DNA of 61,130 bases, the filler included, from Ionaspis alba (lineage: Eukaryota), in NCBI GenBank assembly GCA_964255285.1. It is 8 parts of 8 records of this genome, joined end to end, with 100 filler letters (N's around TTAATTAATTAA, not from the genome) between each part and the next. Parts side by side here need not be neighbours in the genome. Positions count along the whole stretch, not along the records: positions 30,763 to 38,332 come from CAXUUL010000823.1; positions 38,433 to 45,959 come from CAXUUL010000824.1; 6 more parts are not named here. One strand, 5' to 3'. Position numbers and translations under genes: made by a program. A model generated the notes under the pieces. That model made no database searches. It saw only the letters and a program-made list of their open reading frames with translations, and was not told the DNA's origin. Below, one piece after another: positions 37,018 through 46,059 of the stretch. Within the stretch, counting starts at the first letter, position 1; each line of letters begins with the position of its first letter.

Positions 37018-38332
37018 ATGACCACATCAGATATCGATGCATCGAAGCGGATAACGCCGCGCAATTTTACGAATAATTATCCTTATACGCCCTCGATCGC
37101 CTCGTCGGCTTCCTCCTCAGCAACATCAATCTTCTCTGCGGAGGCGCATTCATCCCAGAGTTCGGCACCCTCATCCTCGAAAAGCGCATCACATGTGGGA
37201 TGGGAATCGGAGGCTTCTGAGTCAGAGCATGAAGATCACATCTCTCCAGCCGAGCAAACCTCGGCATATCAGATCACCAGCATCACCAGATCTCAAACCG
37301 TCGAATTGGGAAACCATGGCCGAGTATCACACGATGCTGTTGCCCCTGAATTGCGTCAACATCCGAGACGTACTCAGCCGACGGCGTCCACGACAGCCCA
37401 ACATGGCTGCCAAGCGGCACGACCACCCCCATCTTTGGTCAGGCAATGCGATAGGAAAGATAACTTTGTCGAGAGTCTTGTCGGTAAGCTAACAATGCAG
37501 AGATGATCTTGTTTATGTGATGGCGTCTAACCAGTTCGAAGACACAACAACGCAGATGATCGAAGTGATATGGCCGCTCTCGGTCATTCCCTGTGGCCGG
37601 GACACCGTCCTCGGTGGCAAGAATTTAATAGGATTGCGAACATTCATACAAGAAGTTCTCAAGCGATCCAAAACCAGCTATTCGACCTTACAGGTCGCCC
37701 TTTATTACTTGGTCCTGATCAAGCCCTACATACCCAATTTCGATTTTACAATGGAGCAGTCCGAAGACTCCCATGCAGCTCGAGCGATGCAATGCGGCCG
37801 ACGAATGTTCCTCGCAGCCCTCATCCTGGCTTCCAAGTACCTCCAGGATCGCAATTACTCCGCTCGAGCATGGAGCAAGATATCCGGCCTCAAGGTGTCC
37901 GAAATAAACGTCAACGAGATGGCCTTTGTGACGGCGATCGATTGGAAACTACACGTCCCCGAAGCGCTCTTCCAGCGCTGGACCGACGTCGTTTTCAAGT
38001 ACTCGCCCTCGGCGCAATCGCCCTCAGCCTCCCGACACTGTTTTGAACCACGTCCAGCATGGAAAGCCATCATCCCACGACTGACTCCCCAACTCGATCA
38101 GATCGTCGACACCAACCCCGTCTCCGATCCAAAAACCGATTCATATTTTACAAGCGCCCGGACCAGCAGCGCCAGGGCGAAACCCATGTCACCACCCAAA
38201 TTCCTCACCCGACGCGCTTCTCCACCTCTCTCCTCCAACGAACAAACCCCCACAATGCCCTACACCAAACCGCAAACCCTCGAACCAATCCCGCACACCA
38301 CCACAACCACCCTCCCGCGCTTTCCCCCAATC
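37018..38332 (+). CDS. Pho85-type cyclin of the Clg1/Pcl5/Pas1 group (3' truncated), intron 37484-37540
   Basis: LRTFIQEVLKRSKTSYSTLQVALYY, QCGRRMFLAALILASKYLQDRNYSARAWSKISGL. Confidence 0.9.
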
Positions 38333-38432
38333 NNNNNNNNNNNNNNNNNNNNNNNNNNNNNNNNNNNNNNNNNNNNTTAATTAATTAANNNNNNNNNNNN
38401 NNNNNNNNNNNNNNNNNNNNNNNNNNNNNNNN

Positions 38433-38665
38433 GTTAAATTTATTATAAAAAAAAATTCGAAAAATTTCCCAGCTTTAATAATTTATTAATTAATTTTATA
38501 TTTTTAATTTGAATAATAACACGTTTAATATACAAAACAACGAGATTAATATTTATTAAAATTAATATTGTCGAGGGGTAGGATGAGGTTTATTTGGTAT
38601 ATAATTATAAAACTCGACCGCTATAGATATAAAATAATAAATATTTAAAATAATATCTATCTAAC
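38433..38665. other. Very AT-rich, TpA-rich segment resembling RIP-degraded repeat DNA
   Basis: Nearly all A/T with many TA steps, unlike the rest of the window. Confidence 0.65.
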
Positions 38666-39047
38666 TGATAAGGTCAAGCCTTACAAGTGGGCTATTGTCA
38701 AAGATTATAATGATGATCTATAGTCTACGTGCCTCTCAGGCCTAAATACTATGAGAAAAGCACTAGTGGGTTAGCGTGCCCATAGCTACGCAAGACAGCC
38801 CGTAACAATCTGCCGCCTATCAAAAATGCCAGCGTCCTCGCGGCTAAGTACATGCCCAGTAGTCTAATGCGCCCCAAGATAGCATATGCGACCTGCAAGC
38901 CGTCTGCAAGGAAGCGAGACAAACACCAGCAAACAAGTAGCAAGAACAAGCAAACAACTAAGACAAGTACCAACTTGTCGCTCCGCCCTCCTAACTAGAC
39001 CTCCCAAGTATAGAATCCCAGGAGCGCATGAGCATCTTGTTGTCTCA
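38666..39047 (-). repeat. 3' LTR (about 382 bp, TGA...TCA termini)
   Basis: Left edge fixed by identity to 45863; right edge inferred from a TG start 3 nt after the PPT. Confidence 0.8.
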
Positions 39048-42000
39048 TGATCCTCTCTTTCTAGGTCTTCCTCTTGGTTTCTTGGCGAGGATCATCGTAG
39101 TTGTAGTAGTTGTCGCAGGTGTAGGGTTCGTAGGTGAGGGCGTAAGAAGATCGGAGGTTGGCGCTTGGACGGGCTCAGAAACCCCAGGTGACGAAAGGTC
39201 TTGAGCTTTTGTGGAGCGCGTTGAGTAGGGCTTTCTTCGTACAGGTGTAGGGTTCTTCGTAGATCGAAGCGCTGCTGATGGATGGTCAATGCCATCGCGT
39301 GCCTGTCGATGTTCTGCAGGTGAAGGTGCGTGTGCAGAAGAAGATGTCAAGGTGTCGGGCGTATGCTGTGTAGGTTCGGGTTGGTGCGCAGTTGTAGGTG
39401 GAGAAGGTGATAGCGATGTGCCGACAAGTGTCGACGAGGTGCGCGCAGGGTGTATCTTTCGCTCGTAATCCTCGACGAGATCTTTCGCGTTCTCCAGTTC
39501 TTTCGTGGTGCGCCAGTCATCTTCTTCAGGACCGTACCCCTTCCATCGCACAAGGTATTTCACTTTACCTTTTGCCGATACGCGCTTGTCCACGATCTTC
39601 TCCAACTCATAACTCTTGTAGTTGTCCGTATCGCCTTCTACGAATATTGATGAAGGCTGTTCTGGTCGCGGTCGATTATATGGGTCCTCGTTTGGCGGTG
39701 GCACAGGTTCCAGCATCGCAACAGAGAACACCGGATGGACGCGCCAGTGGAGCGGGATATCGAGTCTGTAGGCCATCCTTCCAATGCGCTCGATCACTTT
39801 GAAGGGCCCAGCATATTGTTGGCTGAGTTTCTTACTCTTCGCGCTCGGAATATTGTAGCCCTTGTGTAATCGGAGGAGCACGTAATCTCCTGCTTCGATA
39901 TCTAAGGCGCGATGTCGTCTATCGTAGTTGTGCTTCGCCGACATGTTGGCGAAGGCAATCGCATCCTGAACCTCTACCCTCGTCGCTGGGTTAATCGCTC
40001 GCCCGGACATCAAATCAACGTGTCGATTGGGAGTAAACCCATACACCACTTCATTGGGTGTTTTTCCTGTCGATGCCGATGCCGAGTTGTTGAGAAACGA
40101 TTGGACTTTGGCGAGTAGCCTTGGCCATTCTCTCACATCTTCAAGGGTGGCCAGGTAGTATCGTAACGCGATCTCGGTGGTCTGGTTGGTTCTCTCACTC
40201 TGGCCATCCGTCTGCGGGTGGTAGGCCGTAGAGTATAACAACTTCACGCCCAGGCTCGTGAACAGTTCCTTCCATACTTCCGACAGAAACTTCGGATCTC
40301 TATCAGACAAAATTGCCTTAGGCAGACCCCAGTCCGCCTGCTGTAATTTCTCAAGCAACACCGATGCCCATTCCTTTGCAGTGTAAATTGTTCTGCCCGG
40401 CGCTAATAGGACTCGCTTAGAGAATTTGTCGGTGATGGTCAAGATAGTGTCGAAGTCCTCGTTTGAGTTCGGGAGCGCCAGAATGAAATCTAGCGTGACG
40501 GTGTGAAAAGGTATTGGGGGTGACTCGATTGGCTGTAGACTTCCATATGGTCGGTGTCGACGGGTCTGGTATAACTGGCATTCTGGACAATGCCTCAAGA
40601 ACTGTCGTAACTTCTTACTTAAGCCTTTTATCATATACGCCGCATTGATCATCTCGTACAGCTTCCCATAACCTGGATGCCCTTGGCCATGCGTCATATT
40701 CAGTATTTCGCCGACTACGCTTTCCGGTAAGCATAGTCTTTTAGGCTCGAAGGCATGGTCTCCTGTAGCGTAGTCTCGTCGCCAGATCAAACCGTCGTGC
40801 TCTCTCACAAAAGGAAGCGCAAAGCTGTCCTCAGCTTTGATGTTCACATCGAGAACATTGCCGATCTTGATCCAGGCCGGATCCTTCTTGTAGCCCTCGA
40901 CGATGCGAGCCTTGAACTCGGGGCTCATTTCAACTAGGCTTGCCGCGTAGACATATGCACACAGGGCATCAAGCTCTCCTTCTCCGTTCTCTTTCCTTGC
41001 TCTTTCGTGTTCGATGGACCGGATTGTAGCCAGTCTTGACAGTGCGTCGGGCACATAGTGAGATTTACCAGGCTTGTGGTAAATGTTGAGAGGGAACCTC
41101 TGGAGGTATTCGGAAGCACGGACGAGTCGTAAATTGAGCTTCTCAATTGATGTCGTCCAGAGTGAAACTTGCTTAGCAATGCCGACGTTGGCACCATGGT
41201 CGGTGTAGATTGTAGTGGGTCCCGCGGTAGAGGACTCGATGAGATGTCGAATCTTCTTCACGACCCAAATCATTCCAGCCATCTCCAGTTCTGTAGGCCA
41301 ATATCTCGTTTCGGCATCCTTGAGGAGCCGACTTAAGAACATAATTGGTTGAATCGCACTTTTGGCTGGATATTTCCCTGGCTCCACCGTGCCAACGACG
41401 TGGTAGACCATTGCTCCAAATCCTGCTTCTTTCGAGCCATCCAGATCTGCAAAGAGCGCTCGGATTGGGTCGAAATGAGCAAGGTAGCTCGGTTGCGAGA
41501 GCATTTCCTGGAGGGCATTGAATGAAGCCTCTTCTAACTTCGTTGGGTCAAGCACCTTAGACTTAGATGCGTAGGATCTTCTGGCACTTCCTTTTTTGGG
41601 TGCCTCCTTGAGTAGAAGTGTTTTGAGCTGCTGCAAAGGTTCCGAAAGCGCTGCGTAGTGAGACACATACTGGCGCAGATAACCCGTCATTCCTAGGTAG
41701 GTCTCTAACGCCTGGAGCGTTTGCGGGAACACCAGCTCAGAGATTGCCTTAAGCTTCTCCTCTGAAGTAGATAAACCTAAAGAGTTGACCAATTGGCCGA
41801 GGAGCTTGATGTCGGGGAATCCAAGGAATGCCTTGCTCGGCTTGATGGAGATGCCCAAGGTGTTGAACGTGCTGAACACCTTGTCGAGATGCTCAAGATG
41901 TTCCTTAAGCGACTTCGAAAACACCACGACATCATCGATATATGCTTTCGCGAAGCGCTGAAAAGGTCGCAAGATTCCATCAATCTGGCGCTGGACATAA

Positions 42001-45000
42001 GCTGGTGAATTCCTGTAGCCCATGACAGCGACATTAAATGTCTCTTGTCCTCGGTGCGTGACGACAGTTAGCTTAGGCCGGTCATCTGGGTGCACGCGCC
42101 ACTGGTAAAAGAATGAAGCGCAATCGATCACAGAGATGAAATTGCAGTCTTTTACTGCGGCGATCATGTCTGATTGGAGAGGCAGCGGATAAGCGTCGGG
42201 AACAGTCAATTGATTTAGGCCACGGATGTCCACGACCACACGGCCTTTGCGCTTTCCATCTCCTAAGTCCTTCCAGACCACAAACACGGGATAAGAAAAT
42301 GGCGTGTGCTCTGTAGTCCAGCTTAAACGGTCCTGCGCATGCAGCTCATCAAAGGTGTCGTCGACTATCTTGCGATCCTTTAGGCCCAAAGGATAGACTC
42401 TCGCCTTTCCTGAAACTCTTGACTCCCAGTCTGAACGTAGCGGGATACGCAGCCATGAGCTCTCGGGCACATTGACAAACCCTGAATCTTTCCAGAGCTT
42501 AGGGTACCTTTCTACCAGTTTCGTAAATCCTATTTTCGACTCGTGGCCGCGATCGTAGATGTTAACTCCATTGCTTAGGGCATGCGCTCGTGGTCGGGAT
42601 TCAGACCCCAAGGCAGCAACTTGTTGAAGCTTCGCTTGAGCGTGGGTCGAATCCGTAGCTTTCGTGATGGCCTCCACCTCGAGCGTTCCTGATGGTTGGC
42701 AAGTGCTGGCTGAAGGCTGGCAAATGCTGGCAGATGCCTGCCAGGTGGGTTCAGGTGCATGGCAAGGTGCTGGGACCGATGCGTAGGATGTGCCTATCGA
42801 GTCGTTGGGGGTGTTGCCAAATGACACCGATGTGCCCGCAGGTGCTGCTGAAGTGGCCGCGAGGAGTGCTGTGACTCCGGTCATGGCCTTCTTGAACCAG
42901 CCAGGCTTCCCGTTATGCCGCACAGCAAGCTCGCTGATGGTGCCCGCGTCACTTGTGACATGATAGCAGTTGTCAAAGTCCACCTCTTGAATAGTTCCGA
43001 GTCGTAGGTTTCGCGGAACTTGTATCGCTTGGTCCGAATCATTCCTAGCCATCACCTGGTGTACGTCAGCATCAACGAGGTGAGCGTATAGTGCCAGGCT
43101 GATGCTAGCTGACGGCTCGAACAAGAAGTCTCTGTCATCGGGAATAGCCGAGTGGTGTATAGGAATGGCCACAGTAGAGCGCGGTGGCACGACGAGGCTT
43201 GCTTTGGCGTGTACCACGCGCTGTATCGGATTCGCGCTTCGAGGCTTCAGGTTAGCCGGAACGCTGACTTTGCAAGATCCCACGTAGACTGAGCGCTTCG
43301 CCAGACTAATATCCATGTGCTCTGGGCCCATGACATCGACGCCTAAGAGCATCTTAGCCTTGAGGCCATCGACAACATGTGCCTCGCGGGTAATACAAGC
43401 ATTGGCCGAGGCGCCATCGTCGTGAGTTCCTGGCATGTAAATGTCCAGAATCACATATTCGGCCGTGGCGTACCTGTCGGAGCCAATGCCTCGTACCGTA
43501 ACCGGGCAAGCCATGGTTCTGATCTCTGCTTTTGGTGCTTGAGATAGTAGCCATGCTCTGTCGATCAGCGTCAACGAGCATCCAGTATCGACACAGACAG
43601 GCTCAAGTGCAGCTTCAGGTTGGAGTTTGACATCTATCGTGATATAGTGCCAGTTTCTGAATCCAAAGCCGGTGCCAGTGTTAAGTTGTGAGTTGGCTGT
43701 TGACTTCACAACTCTGGTGGTGGCGGGAACTGGTTCCGTGACATATGCCGTAGATGTCACAGCTGGTGAGAGTGTCCTCTTAGCAGGTTGATCCTTCTGA
43801 GTTCGCCGTTTAGTGGCCTTAGCCCGTTCCTTGCAGTCATCGACGCGAAGGTGCTGGTGTAGTTGGTTCTTAGATGGCCACAGTGCCTTGCAGTGCCTGC
43901 AAGCATGTTGCGGCAAAGGAATCTTGAGCTCTTCGACCTGAAGGTCGGTGAAATTGGCCACTGGATCTTCATCAAGGATATCCGCGAGGGCATCTTCGTC
44001 ATCATCTTCAACCGTGTAGGCCTCCTCAGTTGACTCTGGCATATCCTGGTCGTCCTGGTCTTCGTCTTCGACTCCTGCCTGGTAGGCCTTGCGTCGATAT
44101 GGCTGATTGCGAGGGGGTGGAGCTCTTTTGTCTTTTGCATACACGGGCTGTTTGCCCTTCTGCTGTCGCGAATCTGACGCGTTTCTTCCTTGTGTGATGC
44201 GCAAAGGCTGTCTTTGCTCTGATGACTGCAGCTGTTGAGGCGGGTTAGCATACTCCTTCTGGTAGCCTCGACTCCCGGAATACTCCTGCCTATAGTTCGG
44301 CTTGTTCGTCCTCTGGCCAGTAGAGCGTTGGCCAGCACGAGCAAAGTAACTAGAACGCTCCGCCAAACGGTGAATGATATGTGACTTACTATCGAGGGAG
44401 TCTAGGAATTGAGCCATTGTCGTAGACGGAGTAGGCTCGTCGACAAGTACTTGAAAGCTGAGATCCAGTCCATTCCATACGCACAAGAGTTGGTTGTAAA
44501 CCGACTCCATTTGCGCGGCCTTAGCATGTCGGAACATGCTTTGTGCGTATGCACGCAATGATTTGGCGGCTCGAGCATCGGCCCAAGTGTACTTTTCGGT
44601 CTGAAGGGCCAGGAGAGCCACTGATCCCTGTTCCTTAAAGCGTTCAATGAGATCAGTGATGATCGAATCAATCGACGCCGTACGCAACAAGTTCTTTTCT
44701 CTCATGGTCAGCTCTGATGAGTACCACTGATGAGCAGTGCCACGAAGACAGGTCGTCCACACTTCCTGAACCTTCTCCAAACCTTTGATGGCCGCCAGGT
44801 CTCGTAGTCGATCTGCAAAGGCATACACATCTTTGTAAAAGATGTGCTTTCCAACCGTGGTGATTCCGCCATCGGCTTCTACCTCTGGATCAAAGTATCC
44901 GACATCTTCTGGCTTCAGGTAGGCTTGTCCGTTGAAGCCGTTAGGGCCGTCTTGTCTGAACTGCGTCTGAGTTTGGATTTGCTGCCGTAATGGATCTTGC

Positions 45001-45743
45001 GCCATCACAGTCGAAATAATGTGGGCGATGTCTCTTTTCAGATTATCAGACATAGTCGAACCTGAGAGCTGGCTCATCATGCTCTGTTCTTGAAGAGGAG
45101 GTGGTGCAGGTGCCTGTGCTGTCGACGATTGGGGATTTTGCCCACTCGTTCCGCTAGGCCCTCCACCAAGCTCTTGAGCGGAAGCCATGTTTGTGTTAGC
45201 TGTTGTCGGTCGGCTCTTTTCCCAAGAGAGTTTTGGATCTGAGTAATAAGAGATGGGTTCGGAAGATCGCTGGTAGCGTCGTGGGCTTGACTGAGCTCTG
45301 CTGCGCTGCTCAGCAGGAGTAGGAAGGGGGATTCTCGTGGCCACTGGGTCAGGTATAGTCGTCGTGGCCAATGGATCAGGTGTAGTTGATTCCGAATCCT
45401 GCCGTGATGCCGTGGCTGATCCTTCTCGCGTGGCTTCCCAGAGTGCCAAATGGAAGGTGCGTACTGCACGACTGAGCTCAGTCCTGTCAGTTGACCATTC
45501 AGGTGGGAATGCAGGTGGGGCGAGTGAGGCTGATCTTCCTCGTCTAGGACCTTCAATTGACTGGCGAGCTTCTTCTACTGGTGGCAGGCTCGACACAAAA
45601 GCTGTGATGTCTTCCCTGACTGATGCTTTGATGTGTCTAGTCCACTGGTGATCAGAGTCAATAAATGCTTGTAATTGGCGAGCAATAAGAATTATGCGAG
45701 GGGGAAACTCTTCGGCCGCCACTTTGGCTGCAATAACGTGCAA
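39045..45743 (-). CDS. Single-ORF Gag-Pol polyprotein (first AUG at 45188; frame open from 45827)
   Basis: Protease CVDTGCS (~43578-43595), RT YIDD (41931-41942), RNase H DGSK/YWPTELE/YTDH/PDALSR, IN HHCC, TLDF/SDRD/SERTNQ, GPF, chromodomain 39456-39611. Confidence 0.96.
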   Translation of the reverse strand: MHVIAAKVAAEEFPPRIILIARQLQAFIDSDHQWTRHIKASVREDITAFVSSLPPVEEARQSIEGPRRGRSASLAPPAFPPEWSTDRTELSRAVRTFHLALWEATREGSATASRQDSESTTPDPLATTTIPDPVATRIPLPTPAEQRSRAQSSPRRYQRSSEPISYYSDPKLSWEKSRPTTANTNMASAQELGGGPSGTSGQNPQSSTAQAPAPPPLQEQSMMSQLSGSTMSDNLKRDIAHIISTVMAQDPLRQQIQTQTQFRQDGPNGFNGQAYLKPEDVGYFDPEVEADGGITTVGKHIFYKDVYAFADRLRDLAAIKGLEKVQEVWTTCLRGTAHQWYSSELTMREKNLLRTASIDSIITDLIERFKEQGSVALLALQTEKYTWADARAAKSLRAYAQSMFRHAKAAQMESVYNQLLCVWNGLDLSFQVLVDEPTPSTTMAQFLDSLDSKSHIIHRLAERSSYFARAGQRSTGQRTNKPNYRQEYSGSRGYQKEYANPPQQLQSSEQRQPLRITQGRNASDSRQQKGKQPVYAKDKRAPPPRNQPYRRKAYQAGVEDEDQDDQDMPESTEEAYTVEDDDEDALADILDEDPVANFTDLQVEELKIPLPQHACRHCKALWPSKNQLHQHLRVDDCKERAKATKRRTQKDQPAKRTLSPAVTSTAYVTEPVPATTRVVKSTANSQLNTGTGFGFRNWHYITIDVKLQPEAALEPVCVDTGCSLTLIDRAWLLSQAPKAEIRTMACPVTVRGIGSDRYATAEYVILDIYMPGTHDDGASANACITREAHVVDGLKAKMLLGVDVMGPEHMDISLAKRSVYVGSCKVSVPANLKPRSANPIQRVVHAKASLVVPPRSTVAIPIHHSAIPDDRDFLFEPSASISLALYAHLVDADVHQVMARNDSDQAIQVPRNLRLGTIQEVDFDNCYHVTSDAGTISELAVRHNGKPGWFKKAMTGVTALLAATSAAPAGTSVSFGNTPNDSIGTSYASVPAPCHAPEPTWQASASICQPSASTCQPSGTLEVEAITKATDSTHAQAKLQQVAALGSESRPRAHALSNGVNIYDRGHESKIGFTKLVERYPKLWKDSGFVNVPESSWLRIPLRSDWESRVSGKARVYPLGLKDRKIVDDTFDELHAQDRLSWTTEHTPFSYPVFVVWKDLGDGKRKGRVVVDIRGLNQLTVPDAYPLPLQSDMIAAVKDCNFISVIDCASFFYQWRVHPDDRPKLTVVTHRGQETFNVAVMGYRNSPAYVQRQIDGILRPFQRFAKAYIDDVVVFSKSLKEHLEHLDKVFSTFNTLGISIKPSKAFLGFPDIKLLGQLVNSLGLSTSEEKLKAISELVFPQTLQALETYLGMTGYLRQYVSHYAALSEPLQQLKTLLLKEAPKKGSARRSYASKSKVLDPTKLEEASFNALQEMLSQPSYLAHFDPIRALFADLDGSKEAGFGAMVYHVVGTVEPGKYPAKSAIQPIMFLSRLLKDAETRYWPTELEMAGMIWVVKKIRHLIESSTAGPTTIYTDHGANVGIAKQVSLWTTSIEKLNLRLVRASEYLQRFPLNIYHKPGKSHYVPDALSRLATIRSIEHERARKENGEGELDALCAYVYAASLVEMSPEFKARIVEGYKKDPAWIKIGNVLDVNIKAEDSFALPFVREHDGLIWRRDYATGDHAFEPKRLCLPESVVGEILNMTHGQGHPGYGKLYEMINAAYMIKGLSKKLRQFLRHCPECQLYQTRRHRPYGSLQPIESPPIPFHTVTLDFILALPNSNEDFDTILTITDKFSKRVLLAPGRTIYTAKEWASVLLEKLQQADWGLPKAILSDRDPKFLSEVWKELFTSLGVKLLYSTAYHPQTDGQSERTNQTTEIALRYYLATLEDVREWPRLLAKVQSFLNNSASASTGKTPNEVVYGFTPNRHVDLMSGRAINPATRVEVQDAIAFANMSAKHNYDRRHRALDIEAGDYVLLRLHKGYNIPSAKSKKLSQQYAGPFKVIERIGRMAYRLDIPLHWRVHPVFSVAMLEPVPPPNEDPYNRPRPEQPSSIFVEGDTDNYKSYELEKIVDKRVSAKGKVKYLVRWKGYGPEEDDWRTTKELENAKDLVEDYERKIHPARTSSTLVGTSLSPSPPTTAHQPEPTQHTPDTLTSSSAHAPSPAEHRQARDGIDHPSAALRSTKNPTPVRRKPYSTRSTKAQDLSSPGVSEPVQAPTSDLLTPSPTNPTPATTTTTTMILAKKPRGRPRKRGS
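39051..39062 (-). other. Polypurine tract AGAAAGAGAGGA
   Basis: 12 consecutive purines ending 3 nt before the 3' LTR. Confidence 0.75.
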
Positions 45744-45862
45744 TTGGGGGAGAAAAAAAATTGAGCAAATCGGACGGTGATCTTGGTGCTTTGTTAGAGC
45801 TGGTGAGAATGATCCCTGGTGTGTATATTATATACACTGGTAGGTATCTGTTGGTACCAAGT

Positions 45863-45959
45863 TGATAAGGTCAAGCCTTACAAGTGGACTATTGTCAAAG
45901 ATTGTAATGATGATCTATAGTCTACGTGCCTCTCAGGCCTAAATACTATGAGAAAAGCA
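45863..45959 (-). repeat. 5' LTR, U5-proximal 97 bp only
   Basis: 95/97 identical to 38666-38762. Confidence 0.93.
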
Positions 45960-46059
45960 NNNNNNNNNNNNNNNNNNNNNNNNNNNNNNNNNNNNNNNNN
46001 NNNTTAATTAATTAANNNNNNNNNNNNNNNNNNNNNNNNNNNNNNNNNNNNNNNNNNNN

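Larger units (their letters stand above)
38666..45959 (-). mobile_element. Ty3/gypsy chromovirus LTR retrotransposon, apparently intact; 5' LTR truncated by scaffold end
   Basis: Direct repeats starting TGATAAGGTCAAGCC at 38666 and 45863 flank a gag-pol ORF in PR-RT-RH-IN-chromodomain order. Confidence 0.97.

Noticed and set aside
38749..38973. Hydrophobic 74-aa ORF inside the LTR as an env-like gene
   Set aside because: Explained by T/G-rich low-complexity LTR sequence; non-ATG start, too short
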